Positions 61,670-64,000 of a stretch of 64,000 nucleotides of DNA are shown here, in pieces; position 1 is the stretch's first letter, and each line of letters opens with the position of its first letter. The stretch is from Antedon mediterranea. Taxonomy: Eukaryota; Animalia; Echinodermata. The stretch is from positions 14,728,948 to 14,792,947 of the forward strand of contig NC_092673.1 of the NCBI RefSeq assembly GCF_964355755.1, read 5' to 3'. The translations under genes were made by a program, and so were the position numbers. The notes below the pieces were generated by a model. The model saw only the letters and a list, made by a program, of their open reading frames with translations. It was not told where the DNA came from and searched no databases.

Positions 61670-63771
61670 ATGCTAACTTCAACTTTAATAATTTTCTTTC
61701 TTCTGCTCTTTGTTGTCGGTGATCTTTCGATCAATACATATGATTATACGGTTATCCTAGAGGGGCATGCTTTTGAAGGTTGGAGTTACGAGTTGAAGAA
61801 TATACACAAACTAAATTGTTTGCTGGAATGTTCCAAGAAATCTGATTGCTTGTCGGTTAACTATAACCAGAAGGATCGTGTTTGTCAAATCAATAAGCAA
61901 ATACTGGAAACGTCATCAGTTGAAAACAACATAATTCAAGCGCCTGAATTTTGTTACATTGAAAGGAGTAAGTATACAATTTTGCAAACTTATTAAATAT
62001 GTATTGTCCCTTGAAACACAAAAAAATGATGGTCAAAATATTCTAAATTTAAATTGGCCATATCAAAGTAATATTAAAGTTATTCACTTTAAGTCGAAAA
62101 TTCGAGCCAAAACAACAAGTTTACGTAAATAACAGGTAAATTAGTTTGATAACATTTCGTCTGGAAAATTGTCGCGAGCGAAAGTAAACAAAGATTTCAA
62201 ACCACGAGTACGCATATTGCATATGCTAATTAGGATTATTTACAACTCGTCACAGTTGAGAAGGTATTTTCACACAGATCGTAAAGAAGTTTTATGAAAT
62301 ATGCATACAGAGTAGCGAAACAAGCACGTTTCATTATGGGATATGTTTTGATGGAAAACTTTGACTGGAAGTCAAAGTTATTTTTTTAACAAAAAAACGT
62401 CTGTATTTTAGTTAAATGATTTTTTTTTCGACAAATTTTTGGTGATAGTTAATAACTATTATGATACTTCAAAATGACCCACCTTTTTTCGAAATTTTTA
62501 ATTTTTTAATTTTTTGGGATTAGTCAAAGGGAAAATACATGGATTCTTTATATAGAGGTTCACATCAATGTTGATTGGTAGTGATATTTTGTTGCTGTTG
62601 AATTTGCCTAGGAAATGTTCTCTTTATTTTCATATAAGTCAATAAAAAGTGTTCTTCAAAATTTTACAGTACATCTACAAGGATTGAATTAACCTACTAT
62701 AAATTCAGACCAAATGACTACATGAGGTGGTACTGCATGTTATATGCATATCTACCAAGTCCATGGGATTATCACCAAGGGATTCAGTTGTGCTTGATGG
62801 TCACCTGGAAACTAGTTTAAATTTTTGCAGAATTATAAATTACTATTACGGTACTTATTACTATTAAAATTACAAAATGTGCACATTAATGAATTGTATT
62901 AGTTTTACAATTGAATATTGCATTTTCTCTAAAATAGATACAAACTATTTTTCCCAATAATATACCAGTGTGATCTTTTTTTTAAACAACAATCTTTTTT
63001 AATTTTTTTTATTTTAGAAAGTTTTATGAGGGACTGTGGTGACATTTTACAATATAATCCTTCTGCTAATGGTGGTGAATATGTGATACAACCAGGTGAT
63101 GGAGAACCAGAGATTACTGTGTACTGTGACATGAGGGAAGATGGAGGTTGGATGGTAAGTATACAGTAGGCAACAATTTATTCAAAGAAATTAGAAGTAC
63201 CGTTGATCCAACATCACTGCCACAGCTTACTAATTCATTACTAAAACAGTGCCAGGGACAGAAAACACTGATATGGCTTTAGAAGCATAAACATAACTGC
63301 GGAAACTTTCAGGTTGACAAATATGTTTTAGTTTTAACCGAAAGAGCGACCATTATATACTAATGTTCCAAAACTTGCATAAGAACCAACAAGCAATTTA
63401 TTATTACTGGCAGTTAGGTTCTCATTTCATTCATTGCTATTTACGCTAGTTGATGGGCCTGTCATCACTATTTTAGTAAAGCTAAAGTAGAGTAAAGATT
63501 ACTTTCTTTTCATTATCAGGTGATACAGAGAAGACAAGATGGATCAGTTGATTTTTACCGAAATTGGAAAGAATACAAAGAGGGTTTTGGAAACGTGAAC
63601 ACAGAGTTCTGGCTTGGTAATGAACAAATCAACCGTTTAACAGCTGATGGCGAATTTGAGCTATTGATAGAAATGACAGACCACTTGAATGTAATGAAGA
63701 TCGCAAGATATTCTCTCTTTCGTATTGGTACTGAGGACTCTAACTATGTTTTGACTATCAGTGGATACACA
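61670..63771 (+). CDS. Secreted signal peptide - PAN/apple - FReD protein, exons 61670-61967, 63018-63154 and 63520-~63771; truncated by a rearrangement
   Basis: Hydrophobic N-terminus; CLLECSKKSDCLSVNYN....CQIN PAN motif; FReD exons paralogous to 55769-56571; exon 3 breaks at ggatacacag|cgacgctgg. Confidence 0.85.
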
Positions 63772-64000
63772 GCGACGCTGGAAACAAAGGTTTTTCCAGC
63801 CTCCTGCGTAAATGGTTCGTGCTTGGTAAGTTTTTTTCATTAGTTTTCTCCTTAAAGAAAAGCTCCCCTCAAACTTTTATTATGTTTAGATAAGTTTAAT
63901 TAAAGTGATTATACAAAAAAAAAAGGAAAAATATGGCAATATATTTAATAATATGGAAATAGTGCTTTTTAATATATTACATTTTTTTCTGCAGAGTCAA
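63772..64000 (+). repeat. Copy of 49484-49713 (intron plus start of the Thr-rich exon); a third, more diverged copy lies at ~48255-48495
   Basis: gcgacgctggaaacaaag...ttttttctgcagagtcaa is nearly identical to 49484-49713. Confidence 0.92.

Overview
Eukaryotic genomic DNA from a marine invertebrate, probably a deuterostome and possibly an echinoderm (inferred from the Gmr1 retroelement, FReD and tandem-DED genes, and AT-rich intron style). It has three zones. (1) 1 to ~10.5 kb is a compact, CpG-rich block of apparently intronless genes separated by short A/T-homopolymer spacers with AATAAA signals. It encodes a herpesvirus/HK97-type capsid maturation protease-scaffold, a CARD-only protein, three F-box/LRR-family paralogues and several orphan ORFs. 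It is best explained as a decaying endogenous herpes-like (Duplodnaviria) viral element. (2) ~10.5-15.9 kb is a 5'-truncated Gmr1-clade Gypsy LTR retrotransposon (gag-PR-INT-RT-RH) that appears to have inserted into the virus; about 60 bp of virus-like sequence survives beyond its 3' LTR. (3) 16-64 kb is AT-rich host DNA full of nested non-autonomous DNA transposons and LINE fragments. It carries a MAM/EAR-repeat pseudogene and an immune-type cluster whose exons can be joined in frame as tandem DED - TM - Thr-rich stalk - fibrinogen domain, followed by a signal peptide-PAN-fibrinogen paralogue broken by a duplication junction. All protein assignments come from motif recognition by eye; no database searches were run.
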